NCBI GenBank assembly: GCA_046761065.1 | Contig: JBHIFL010000053.1 | Location: forward strand, 1-28,261 | Source of the DNA: Candidatus Heimdallarchaeota archaeon | GTDB lineage: Archaea; Asgardarchaeota; Wukongarchaeia; Wukongarchaeales; JBHIFL01 | Length of the DNA stretch: 28,261 bases | Reading direction: 5' to 3' | Shown: piece after piece, positions 17,893 through 26,536 of the stretch | Numbering within the stretch: position 1 is the first letter of the stretch | How the letters are laid out: every line of letters starts with the position of its first letter | Notes under the pieces: generated by a model | What the model was told of the DNA's origin: nothing | The model's database searches: none | What the model saw: the letters and a program-made list of their open reading frames with translations, nothing else | Position numbers and translations under genes: made by a program

Positions 17893-19125
17893 ATGTTGAA
17901 CCCCACCTCCTCATTGATTGATCAAATCGATTTAGCAACGATCATGAAAGTGGCCTCGGATCTCATCTCATTCAGGACAGAATCTGAGAAAGGAACAGAT
18001 TTTGAACGAGCAACCAATTACTTGTCCCGGATTTTCGAAAAGTTAGATTTCGAGGTTAAGACCCTAGGGAGTGATAAACGCCCGACCCTTGTGGGAACCA
18101 AGAAGACAGCTCAAACAGGTACCAATATTTTCCTTAATGGGCACTATGATGTCGTCCCTGCTGGTGATTTAGCGGCATGGGACAATGATCCCTTTACCCC
18201 GGTCTTTGAGAATGGAAGATTGTATGGAAGAGGAGCTGCCGATATGAAAGGGGGGCTAGCAGTAATCTGTGAAGTTGCAAGAATTTTAAACTCCGAAGAT
18301 GCTCTCTTTCAAGGGAACCTGTTCGTGACAGTGACCCCTGATGAGGAGATTGGTTCCAAGAACGGAGCTGCGCTTTTAATGAAAAGTCAGATCCTCCCAA
18401 GAGGAAAAGACTGCTATGGGTTGATGCCAGAATGTTCTGGGCTTGACACGATCTGGCATGCGTCGAAAGGAACCCTTTGGTATGAAGTCCGAATTTGGGG
18501 CAAACAAGCACATAGCACACTACCGAGTGAAGGCGTCAATGCATTTGAAAAAATGTGCGAACTTGTGAATACAAAACTTTCCCCCTTAAGAGTTATTGTG
18601 GAGAAGCGAAAGAGTAAACTTGACGGCGAATTCCCAGACTCACCCTATGCGGTGATGAATGTTGGGGGCTATTCTCATGGTGCAACATCCATCAATACGA
18701 TTCCAGGGTCAGCTATTTTCTCGATAGATCGCAGACTGATTCCCGAAGAACGAGTCTCAGAAGCCCGAGAGGAAATCGAAAACGCCCTAGAGGGATACGC
18801 TATCGAATCGGGAACTCCTGTAGAAGCTGAACTACTCCTTAAAGCAGGACCTTGTTTTGTTGACGAGCAAACTCAACTTTGTCAAGTCTTGGTAAAGAGT
18901 GCAGAGACTTTCCTCTCTAGACCACCTCGATTTGCCTTATGTTTAGGGCATCTCGATATTCGCTTCTTCAATGCCTATGGAATTCCGATGGTTGCATATG
19001 GGCCAGGAGGTTTAGCGGTGGCGCATGCTCCTAACGAGTTCATAGAAGTCAATCACCTTGTTGACCTGGTCAAGATCTATTTATTGACCTGCTTAACACT
19101 TACTAATAACAATAAGGAAGAATAA
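17893..19125 (+). CDS. M20 family metallopeptidase/deacylase (ArgE/DapE-like)
   Basis: Metal ligands in 'NGHYDVVP', 'GRGAADMKGG', 'PDEE', 'MPE' and 'AHAPNE'; dimerisation-domain 'GKQAHS' and 'NTIPG....IDRR'; SD GGAGG. Confidence 0.94.
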   Translation: MLNPTSSLIDQIDLATIMKVASDLISFRTESEKGTDFERATNYLSRIFEKLDFEVKTLGSDKRPTLVGTKKTAQTGTNIFLNGHYDVVPAGDLAAWDNDPFTPVFENGRLYGRGAADMKGGLAVICEVARILNSEDALFQGNLFVTVTPDEEIGSKNGAALLMKSQILPRGKDCYGLMPECSGLDTIWHASKGTLWYEVRIWGKQAHSTLPSEGVNAFEKMCELVNTKLSPLRVIVEKRKSKLDGEFPDSPYAVMNVGGYSHGATSINTIPGSAIFSIDRRLIPEERVSEAREEIENALEGYAIESGTPVEAELLLKAGPCFVDEQTQLCQVLVKSAETFLSRPPRFALCLGHLDIRFFNAYGIPMVAYGPGGLAVAHAPNEFIEVNHLVDLVKIYLLTCLTLTNNNKEE

Positions 19126-19530
19126 TGGGTGTCATACAATTTAATAACATGTTCATACTCCCCCCTCGCAAGTCATCTGTTGCACAAATACATAGTGTTG
19201 TTGAATTACCGACATTATATTATCTTTTTCAGACTCCAAACAAAATATATTGTATTTTTCCAATCCCAAACCCTTGATATTGATTTATTGGTTGAATTTT
19301 CAATTAAATTCTTAAGTAATATCTTTTGAATTTCCTGTAGCCATCTCCAAATTATTTTGATTCCCACAAACGTATAACCATCATACACAGTATTAAAGTG
19401 TTGACCTTAAAATTAATGGATTAATGGAAAAAAATACTTTTAGAACCTGTTCAAGAGAGAAATTATCGCCATCTATAATTAGGAGGAGACACACTCGAAT
19501 ACACTTTTAAAAATTATTCTAATACTCATT

Positions 19531-20154
19531 TTGAGTTTTCTTATATTTATTCAAGTAATTCTAAGAATCATTCGATATTTTTACAAATTTCCGACTCCTG
19601 CTTTCTTTACACGTCTCATAGACAATCCATACCGTCGGAGATTCATTCAACGACCCGACGTTTTGGTCGAGCGAATGAAGCTTGAACCTGGAATGATTAT
19701 TGTCGAAATCGGACCCGGCAAAGGGCATTATACTCAAGCGGTTGCTGAGAAAATTCTGCCAGATGGGAAAGTATACGCCATTGATATTCAAGATACTGTT
19801 ATAGAACGGTTGAAGATGCGAATCGAAAAGGAAGGAATCACTAATATTGTCCCCCAAATTGATAATGCTTACGATTTTTCTTTTGCAGACGAAAGTGTGG
19901 ACCGTGTTTTAGCCATTGCATGTCTTCCTGAAATCCCTAACCCAGTAAAAGTCCTGCAAGAATGTTATCGCATCCTGAAACCAGATGGCTTGGTTTGCCT
20001 TTGCGAACTGTTTCCAGACCCCGATTACCCGCGACGAAAGACAGAAAAATATTGGGCAGAAGAAGCAGGATTTGAACTGAGACAAGAATTTGGAAATTGG
20101 TTTGTTTACCAACTAAATTTTGGTAAAAAGTCAGAAAAAAACCTGTATTCATGA
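19531..20154 (+). CDS. Class I SAM-dependent methyltransferase with N-terminal hydrophobic anchor
   Basis: Motif I 'VEIGPGKG', 'YAIDIQ', 'FADESVD' and 'ECYRILKPDG'. Start is uncertain because the frame is open back to 19483. Confidence 0.9.
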   Translation: MSFLIFIQVILRIIRYFYKFPTPAFFTRLIDNPYRRRFIQRPDVLVERMKLEPGMIIVEIGPGKGHYTQAVAEKILPDGKVYAIDIQDTVIERLKMRIEKEGITNIVPQIDNAYDFSFADESVDRVLAIACLPEIPNPVKVLQECYRILKPDGLVCLCELFPDPDYPRRKTEKYWAEEAGFELRQEFGNWFVYQLNFGKKSEKNLYS

Positions 20155-20315
20155 AATGAGAAACTGGACGAATTTAATATTAATAACTACCTAATTATCC
20201 CTCTTAAATTCCTTATGAGAAGTCATATTCATGTATTTGTGATAATCCTACCATAATTGGTAATAATTCGAGTAGTTCAACTATTTTTCTTTTTTTTATT
20301 GCAGGTTATTACAAA

Positions 20316-21233
20316 CTAAGACTCAATCAATATCCTGTGACGATCTATAAATTTCTTGATAACCTCTTCTCGCCATCTATTATCAATGCAAATATTCTCT
20401 GCTGGTATTCCTAGAGATAATCGGAAGAATTTGCTCCAGATTTCATGCTCAGTTACCAAGAGAATTCTATTGGGCCCGATTAATCGTTCAATTTCCCTGA
20501 GCTCTTCACGGACGGGAAGTTTAATCTTATCAGTCTTTGTTTTACTCAAAATCACACTTGGTTTTTTACCTAAATGCCCACCATAGTACATCAATGAGGG
20601 AGGAAACGGTTTACCCATGCCTTTTGTATGAACTTTCTCCTCTCCAACTTGAATCTCACATTCATCCCATTCTCCTGGAAGAACGTTGCACCAGCCTTTT
20701 ACTCCAATGGGGGATGTATCTCGAATCTGTATTTCGGGAAACACGCTCTTCTGATTGGGATCGGCAAAGTTGGTTTCGAAAAAGAGTTGTTGATTAAACC
20801 AGAAAGAAAAAACTTTTTCTTTGACTTTGGCCGTTACAAGTGGAAGCAGTTCATCCAGTAAAGAGGGTGTTGAGAAATATTTGGGGCGAGAACAGATTGT
20901 TGTCCGGTTAAATTGTAGTGTCATAAAGTTGAAATTTGTAGTTTCAACTGATTTTTCTTCATTAAAAAATTCACGACGGTAGAAGTGATCCCAAAATTGG
21001 TTTGTTTCAGGTTTAGGAGTAAAGCGGGGTGAAACCACCGAAGACGGCTCTAAATATTTGATAATCGATAAGAAACACCAAGCAGCATAAGCAAAAGGGT
21101 AAATCTCTTTTTGGAATGCTATAGTACCTTGATGAAAATCTAATCCTTTAATTTCAAAGTTATATTTCTCTTTGAAATGTTTTACAAGAGTTGTCAACTT
21201 GTGTGTGACTTTCAACACTTCAAGCAATTGCAC
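20316..21233 (-). CDS. Hypothetical protein (305 aa)
   Basis: Long ORF in AT-rich DNA with globular composition; no family confidently recognised; frame open upstream to about 21308. Confidence 0.75.
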   Translation of the reverse strand: MQLLEVLKVTHKLTTLVKHFKEKYNFEIKGLDFHQGTIAFQKEIYPFAYAAWCFLSIIKYLEPSSVVSPRFTPKPETNQFWDHFYRREFFNEEKSVETTNFNFMTLQFNRTTICSRPKYFSTPSLLDELLPLVTAKVKEKVFSFWFNQQLFFETNFADPNQKSVFPEIQIRDTSPIGVKGWCNVLPGEWDECEIQVGEEKVHTKGMGKPFPPSLMYYGGHLGKKPSVILSKTKTDKIKLPVREELREIERLIGPNRILLVTEHEIWSKFFRLSLGIPAENICIDNRWREEVIKKFIDRHRILIES

Positions 21234-21470
21234 CCGCTCATTGGTCGGTTCTATATCCTTTTCATTATTTAAGATAAATGGAATGAAAGTTCTGTATCTT
21301 ATAGGAACTTAAAAATGAAACCTCACATGCTATACATTAAATGATTATCAGATTACTACCAGAGAGTTTGAAGTCATTTCACTTGTGCTAGTGTTGGAAG
21401 TTTTATTCATGGTGCAAGTGATCGACATTAGATGTAGATCCTAATGCCATGACACTTCTCCCCTTGCTCT

Positions 21471-21692
21471 ATGTCCGTATCATTATTAAAGAGCAGATCA
21501 TTATTTTCTCAAAGGTCGATTATTCAGGAGTTATCGCGTTTGACACGGTATAAATGCGAAATCAATGCTGTCCGCTGGGTTCAGAATGAAGGAAAATTGG
21601 ATTGGGTAGTTATTTGTGATTATCGACAAGGACGACTTCAATGTCATGGATGTAAATACGGGGTGGAGTTAATGCCAGAAAATAACAAATAA
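21471..21692 (+). CDS. Small Cys-containing hypothetical protein (possible metal binding)
   Basis: 73 aa, four Cys including CHGC; co-oriented with and 38 nt upstream of the next gene; no clear SD. Confidence 0.5.
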   Translation: MSVSLLKSRSLFSQRSIIQELSRLTRYKCEINAVRWVQNEGKLDWVVICDYRQGRLQCHGCKYGVELMPENNK

Positions 21693-21730
21693 ACTAATCG
21701 TTGGTATTTTTACTTAATATCAGTTCCTAA

Positions 21731-23386
21731 TTGGTGTCCACATTGCCTAAAACACATTTAATGCTTTTAATACTGGGGACTATTATCTTTACTTCAGGAT
21801 TTTTGCCTTTGTTACTCTTAAATAATGAAATGCCAACTCAGACATTCAAAACTGTCACAGAAGATAGCATTCAGATAACATTTGATGTTACAGTGAAACC
21901 CGATACCACCGAGAAATCGCCCGTGGCTATATTACTTCATGGTTTTTCGGGTAATAGGAAAATGATGAAGCTAATCGCTTTTTCTCTTGCGGATAAAGGT
22001 TTTACCTCAGTTTCAGTGGATCTTAGAGGTCATGGAGACAGTGGAGGGTTCATGACGAATTCAAGTAATTTTGAGAAGGATGTAAAGGCGGTATTACAAG
22101 CGTTAGAAAAGAAGAAAATAGGAAACACATCAGAGATAGTACTTATAGGTCATAGTATGGGAGGTAGAGTCGCAATCGATATGGGGTCAAAATTAAACAC
22201 CGTTTTAGCTACTATTGGAGTGGCTCCAGCTGTATCACCAGAAATGGTTAATACTTCAACTCCAAAGAATCTTTTGCTAATAGTCTCTAAGGGCGATACT
22301 GTGATCCAAAATGATAAAGTGACATCAACATTCTATAAGTCTATCAATAATACTGGCGAGCCAGGAAAAGTTTATGATATAAACGGAACAAAAAGACTAC
22401 TATTTATGGATACCAATTCAAATCATCTTACCATATTATATCAAAATGCTGTGATGAATGCGATTGTTAAATGGGCAACAGGGACTGTTTTCGGTGAGGA
22501 GCAATTTATCACAATAAACCCCGGTTTAATCATTGTCACAGTATTTATAGCATTTATTGGTGGTTTAAGTATAATAATGTCAGTGGTAATGATAGTCTAT
22601 GATTTATTGGGGATACGGGGAGAAAAACATGAATATTCAAACGAAAGCGATTGGAAGAGCTTACTTAAGATAGCAACCCAAGCAATTATACTCGGTGGTA
22701 TTGTAGGTTCATTTATAACAGCAATGCTTACACTATTGTTGATTCAAATCTCTCCATTTATATTAACAAATTCGATTGCTGCAGTATTTATTGGAAATGC
22801 CATAGTTTTTGGGTATATTGCAACGAAATCGTTGAAGGGTTACAAACAAAAACTTTCATACTCCAAATTCATCAAGCAATCCTTCAGAAAGAAATCAATA
22901 AGCGAAAGAATATTTCTTGGAATTAGTGTGGCGATAATACTTCTGGGATTGTTATACATTACTGTTGGTAATCATTTATCACTCACATTTTCAACATCCT
23001 CCCTCCGGCTCCATTATTTACCACTTTATATTGTGATTTACGGTGTCGTATTCTTGTTTTACGAATCTTTCTTTAAAGGAATAATGAGACCTAAATTCCA
23101 AAATGGTTTTCAAAAGGTGGTTCTTTCCCCCATTCTCGAGTTGATTGTAATCAGTTTTTCTGTATTATTACAATTCCTCCTCTTAGGAACTATACTACAA
23201 CAAAATATCGGTTTAATTTTCGTTGGATTGAACCTAATAATAGGATTTCTTGCCCTAACAATCATATTGTCAGACTTTTTCTGCAAAACAGCAGAGGGGT
23301 GGGTTGTTCAAATTATAATAAACGCAGTACTTTTTGCGACCATATCCGTAGTGTCCTCACCAACCAGTTATTTAACTCACCTTTAG
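21731..23386 (+). CDS. Membrane-anchored alpha/beta hydrolase with C-terminal multi-TM domain
   Basis: N-terminal TM helix; 'LLHGFSG', 'VDLRGHGDS', nucleophile elbow 'GHSMGG', likely Asp in 'GDTV' and His in 'SNHL'; about 8-9 hydrophobic helices in the C-half. Confidence 0.9.
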   Translation: MVSTLPKTHLMLLILGTIIFTSGFLPLLLLNNEMPTQTFKTVTEDSIQITFDVTVKPDTTEKSPVAILLHGFSGNRKMMKLIAFSLADKGFTSVSVDLRGHGDSGGFMTNSSNFEKDVKAVLQALEKKKIGNTSEIVLIGHSMGGRVAIDMGSKLNTVLATIGVAPAVSPEMVNTSTPKNLLLIVSKGDTVIQNDKVTSTFYKSINNTGEPGKVYDINGTKRLLFMDTNSNHLTILYQNAVMNAIVKWATGTVFGEEQFITINPGLIIVTVFIAFIGGLSIIMSVVMIVYDLLGIRGEKHEYSNESDWKSLLKIATQAIILGGIVGSFITAMLTLLLIQISPFILTNSIAAVFIGNAIVFGYIATKSLKGYKQKLSYSKFIKQSFRKKSISERIFLGISVAIILLGLLYITVGNHLSLTFSTSSLRLHYLPLYIVIYGVVFLFYESFFKGIMRPKFQNGFQKVVLSPILELIVISFSVLLQFLLLGTILQQNIGLIFVGLNLIIGFLALTIILSDFFCKTAEGWVVQIIINAVLFATISVVSSPTSYLTHL

Positions 23387-23401
23387 TGTTCCAACGCGCT
23401 C

Positions 23402-24754
23402 ATGGAGAGCATAATCATGGATATAACCTCGAATTTAGCCCGGTTTATCATAGAAACTCAGCCAGAGTCCATTCCCGAGACTATCCTTCATGAAGGTAAG
23501 CGTTGCATCATTAACTTCATTGCTGTAGCCATCCGCGCATCAAAAGATCCATCTCTCCAAATCCTCTTAGATATCTTTCGCGAGGAAGGTAGCCAAACCC
23601 GTGCTACTATTCTCGAAAATGGTACTCAAACCTCGCTCCAGAACGCCGCTTTGGCTAATGGCTATCTCGGACACTTTGATGACTACGATGACACTCACTT
23701 CCCTACAATAATCCACCCTTCCTCACCCACTATCCCCGCAGCCCTAGCTGTCGCAGAGGATCACGGCATCTCAGGACATGATTTCCTAACAGCGACAGTC
23801 TTAGGCATTGAAACCGCTTGTCGAGTAGCTCTAGCTATTCATCCCTTCCATTATGAGAAGGGATGGCACATCACCGGGACGGTGGGTGTTTTTGGAGCGG
23901 TGGCTGCGGCGGGACGCCTATTAGGCTTGAATACTAGTCAAATGATTCACGCCTTGGGTATTGCTGGGATCCAAGCAGCTGGTGTTCGGGAAGTGTTTGG
24001 ATCCATGAGTAAACCCTTCCACCCAGGACGAAGTGCCCAGAGTGGAGTTTTAGCTGTCCTTTTAGCTAAAAAAGGGTTTACATCCACAAAAAAGATATTC
24101 GAAGGGCGTCGAGGATTTACTTCGGTCCTCTCAACCTCCTATAATCTAAAAAAAATTTTGTGTGCCTTAGGCGAACAATGGGAATTATCTAACATTGGAT
24201 TGAAACTATATGCTTGCGGAGTTGTGAACCATCCACTAATTGATGCTGTTCTTGCCATCCGAGAACGTGTGGACGCAATACCAGGCACAGTGGATCGTTT
24301 AGAGGCACGAATTCACCCATTAGTCTTAGAGCTAGTGGATCGACGCCACCCATTGACCGGGTTGGAAGGGAAGTTTTCGTTCTATCATGCTATGGCAGTA
24401 GCTTTGATAGATGGTACTGCCTACCCTGATCAGTTCACTGATTCTCGTGTGCGGGATCCAGTTGTGTCTGTCTTACGGGATTGTATTATGGCAACGCCAG
24501 ACTCCTCGCTAGCTGAAGATCAGTCAGTGGTAACATTAACTATGCGTGACGGTCGATCTTATACGGAAACTATACACCATGCAACGGGATCACCTGAAAA
24601 TCTAATGACAGATGAGCAAGTGAACGAGAAGTTCATGGTGCTCGCTAATGAAATCCTTCCAATGCCCCAAATAAAGCGACTCCTGAACCGCCTGTGGGAT
24701 TTAGATCATATTTCAAATGTTAAAGATGTGATAACTCTCAGCGTCCTGAATTAA
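23402..24754 (+). CDS. MmgE/PrpD family protein
   Basis: 'AALANG..GH.DDYDDTH', 'IIHPS', 'GWHITGTVG.FGA', 'SMSKPFHPGRSA', 'FEGRRGF', 'KLYACG...HP' and 'EGKFS'. Confidence 0.94.
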   Translation: MESIIMDITSNLARFIIETQPESIPETILHEGKRCIINFIAVAIRASKDPSLQILLDIFREEGSQTRATILENGTQTSLQNAALANGYLGHFDDYDDTHFPTIIHPSSPTIPAALAVAEDHGISGHDFLTATVLGIETACRVALAIHPFHYEKGWHITGTVGVFGAVAAAGRLLGLNTSQMIHALGIAGIQAAGVREVFGSMSKPFHPGRSAQSGVLAVLLAKKGFTSTKKIFEGRRGFTSVLSTSYNLKKILCALGEQWELSNIGLKLYACGVVNHPLIDAVLAIRERVDAIPGTVDRLEARIHPLVLELVDRRHPLTGLEGKFSFYHAMAVALIDGTAYPDQFTDSRVRDPVVSVLRDCIMATPDSSLAEDQSVVTLTMRDGRSYTETIHHATGSPENLMTDEQVNEKFMVLANEILPMPQIKRLLNRLWDLDHISNVKDVITLSVLN

Positions 24755-24976
24755 CCGCCCAATAAGCTACTGCAAAAATAACGGCACTTCTCCTTAAAGT
24801 CATAACACAGTCATTGTAATAATCTAATGGCATTCAATTGTGGAAGCGCTCTTAAAAGCACCCCATCCCACGAACCTCTAAAATTAATTATCCCAAGAAT
24901 AGTAGTAGGGATTAGGGATATGGAATATTAAGTTAAGATAACAGAAATACGAGCTTAGAAAACAACATATTGAAAG

Positions 24977-26440
24977 GTGGTAATTTTGTCACTAGGCATC
25001 AAAGGGAAATTCATAGTGGGATTTGACGGTAAAGAACATAGGCTCCTTCGTGATGGTGTCATAATCATCGAAGGGAATCGGATAAAGCATGTGGGGAAGT
25101 CTTACGCCAGCGAGGTCAACAGGTGGATAGACGCCAGTAGAAGTCTAGTAATGCCGGGGCTGATAAATACCCACATCCATGCCTCCAGCTCTCCAAAAGA
25201 CAAGAGCTTTTTAGAAGACGTGGGAGCCAGGCACTTCTACATGAGTAGTCTTGGCGAGAACCTTACAGCCTTAAATCTTAGTCTGCGGAAAGAAGATCAC
25301 GAAGTCTTTGCAAAATACTCGATAGCTGAGTGTCTCAGAAGTGGTAATACCAGTTTCGTCGAAATCGGCATAGTAGACAGCTTAGGGGCAGGAACAACTA
25401 TCAAACTCATCGATGAGCTTGGAATTCGAGCATGTGAGGGCCCCAAGATCTATGACGGCGTCTGGGAACGGACACAGGGAGCCAACATACAAACAAGATG
25501 GTACGAATTAGAAGAAGGGCTTAAAAGGTTGGAAGAAGCTGAGAAGTTCGTTAAAAAATACACAGGTGCCTTAGATGGGAGGTTGATGCCGGCTCTCTAC
25601 CCAGATAAAGTGGATACTAATAGTCATGAACTTCAAAATGCCATAAGAAAGACGGCAGACGAGCTTAAAGTACCTATCAGTATTCACGCGGCGCAATGGC
25701 TGGTGGAGTTCCAGAACATGCTCAGAATGTACAAACAGACACCAATCGAGTTCCTTTACGATACTGGCCTCCTTGGACCAGATCTCATAATAGCCCATGG
25801 TTGGGCTATCACCGGTCATCCTCTGGTCGCGTACCCACCTGTGAATGGCGGGGATCTCCAACTCCTCGCCAAATCTGGTGCGACCGTTTCCCATGATCCG
25901 GTTGTTTTTGCAAAGAGAGGTAATATGTTACACTCCCACACTCGGTATCTTAAAGCTGGTGTAAACGTTAGCATCGGGACGGATACTGCCCCTCAGGACA
26001 TGCTCAACGAGATGAGGATTGCCTCCTATGTCTCAAAGCTCGCAGACTGGGATTGTCACTCCGGCTCATCGAGAGAGATTTTCAATAGTGCAACCCTCGG
26101 AGGCGCTAAAGCAATAGGATGCTCTGATCTAGGACGGATAGCCCCTGGAGCGCTTGCAGATATCGTTATCGTTGCTATAGAAACTATGAATATGGTTCCG
26201 GTGCGTGACCCGATAAGGAACCTTGTAAACAACGCCCAACGTAGTGATGTAAAGACCGTCATTGTAGATGGGAGGATCGTCATAGAGGACGGGAAACTTC
26301 TCACTATAGATGAAAAGGAACTCCTCAAGGGGGTCCAACGGGCAGCTGAAAGAGTCTGGAGCAGGCTCTCTAAACACCACTACCTGAACTGGAACGCTGA
26401 AGAGATTTCTCCCCAGTCTCTAAAACCCTGGGAGGAGTGA
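24977..26440 (+). CDS. Metal-dependent amidohydrolase (chlorohydrolase / SsnA / MTA-SAH deaminase-like)
   Basis: 'MPGLINTHIH', 'SIHAAQ', 'IIAHG', 'SIGTD', 'ATLGGAKA' and 'GRIAPGALADIV'. Likely start is TTG at 24986 after SD AGGTGG. Confidence 0.92.
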   Translation: MVILSLGIKGKFIVGFDGKEHRLLRDGVIIIEGNRIKHVGKSYASEVNRWIDASRSLVMPGLINTHIHASSSPKDKSFLEDVGARHFYMSSLGENLTALNLSLRKEDHEVFAKYSIAECLRSGNTSFVEIGIVDSLGAGTTIKLIDELGIRACEGPKIYDGVWERTQGANIQTRWYELEEGLKRLEEAEKFVKKYTGALDGRLMPALYPDKVDTNSHELQNAIRKTADELKVPISIHAAQWLVEFQNMLRMYKQTPIEFLYDTGLLGPDLIIAHGWAITGHPLVAYPPVNGGDLQLLAKSGATVSHDPVVFAKRGNMLHSHTRYLKAGVNVSIGTDTAPQDMLNEMRIASYVSKLADWDCHSGSSREIFNSATLGGAKAIGCSDLGRIAPGALADIVIVAIETMNMVPVRDPIRNLVNNAQRSDVKTVIVDGRIVIEDGKLLTIDEKELLKGVQRAAERVWSRLSKHHYLNWNAEEISPQSLKPWEE

Positions 26441-26536
26441 GGTCTCTTACCCTTGAATGAGTTTTCTTTAATGGAACTGCTTAAATTTACTAATCATTTT
26501 GGAACCACCCGAATAAGGAAATATCAAAGAATATGA

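Noticed and set aside
19129-19390. + strand 66-aa ORF and a roughly 57-codon minus-strand ORF between the M20 gene and the methyltransferase
   Set aside because: Low-complexity translations of AT-rich spacer DNA with no motif or convincing initiation signal.
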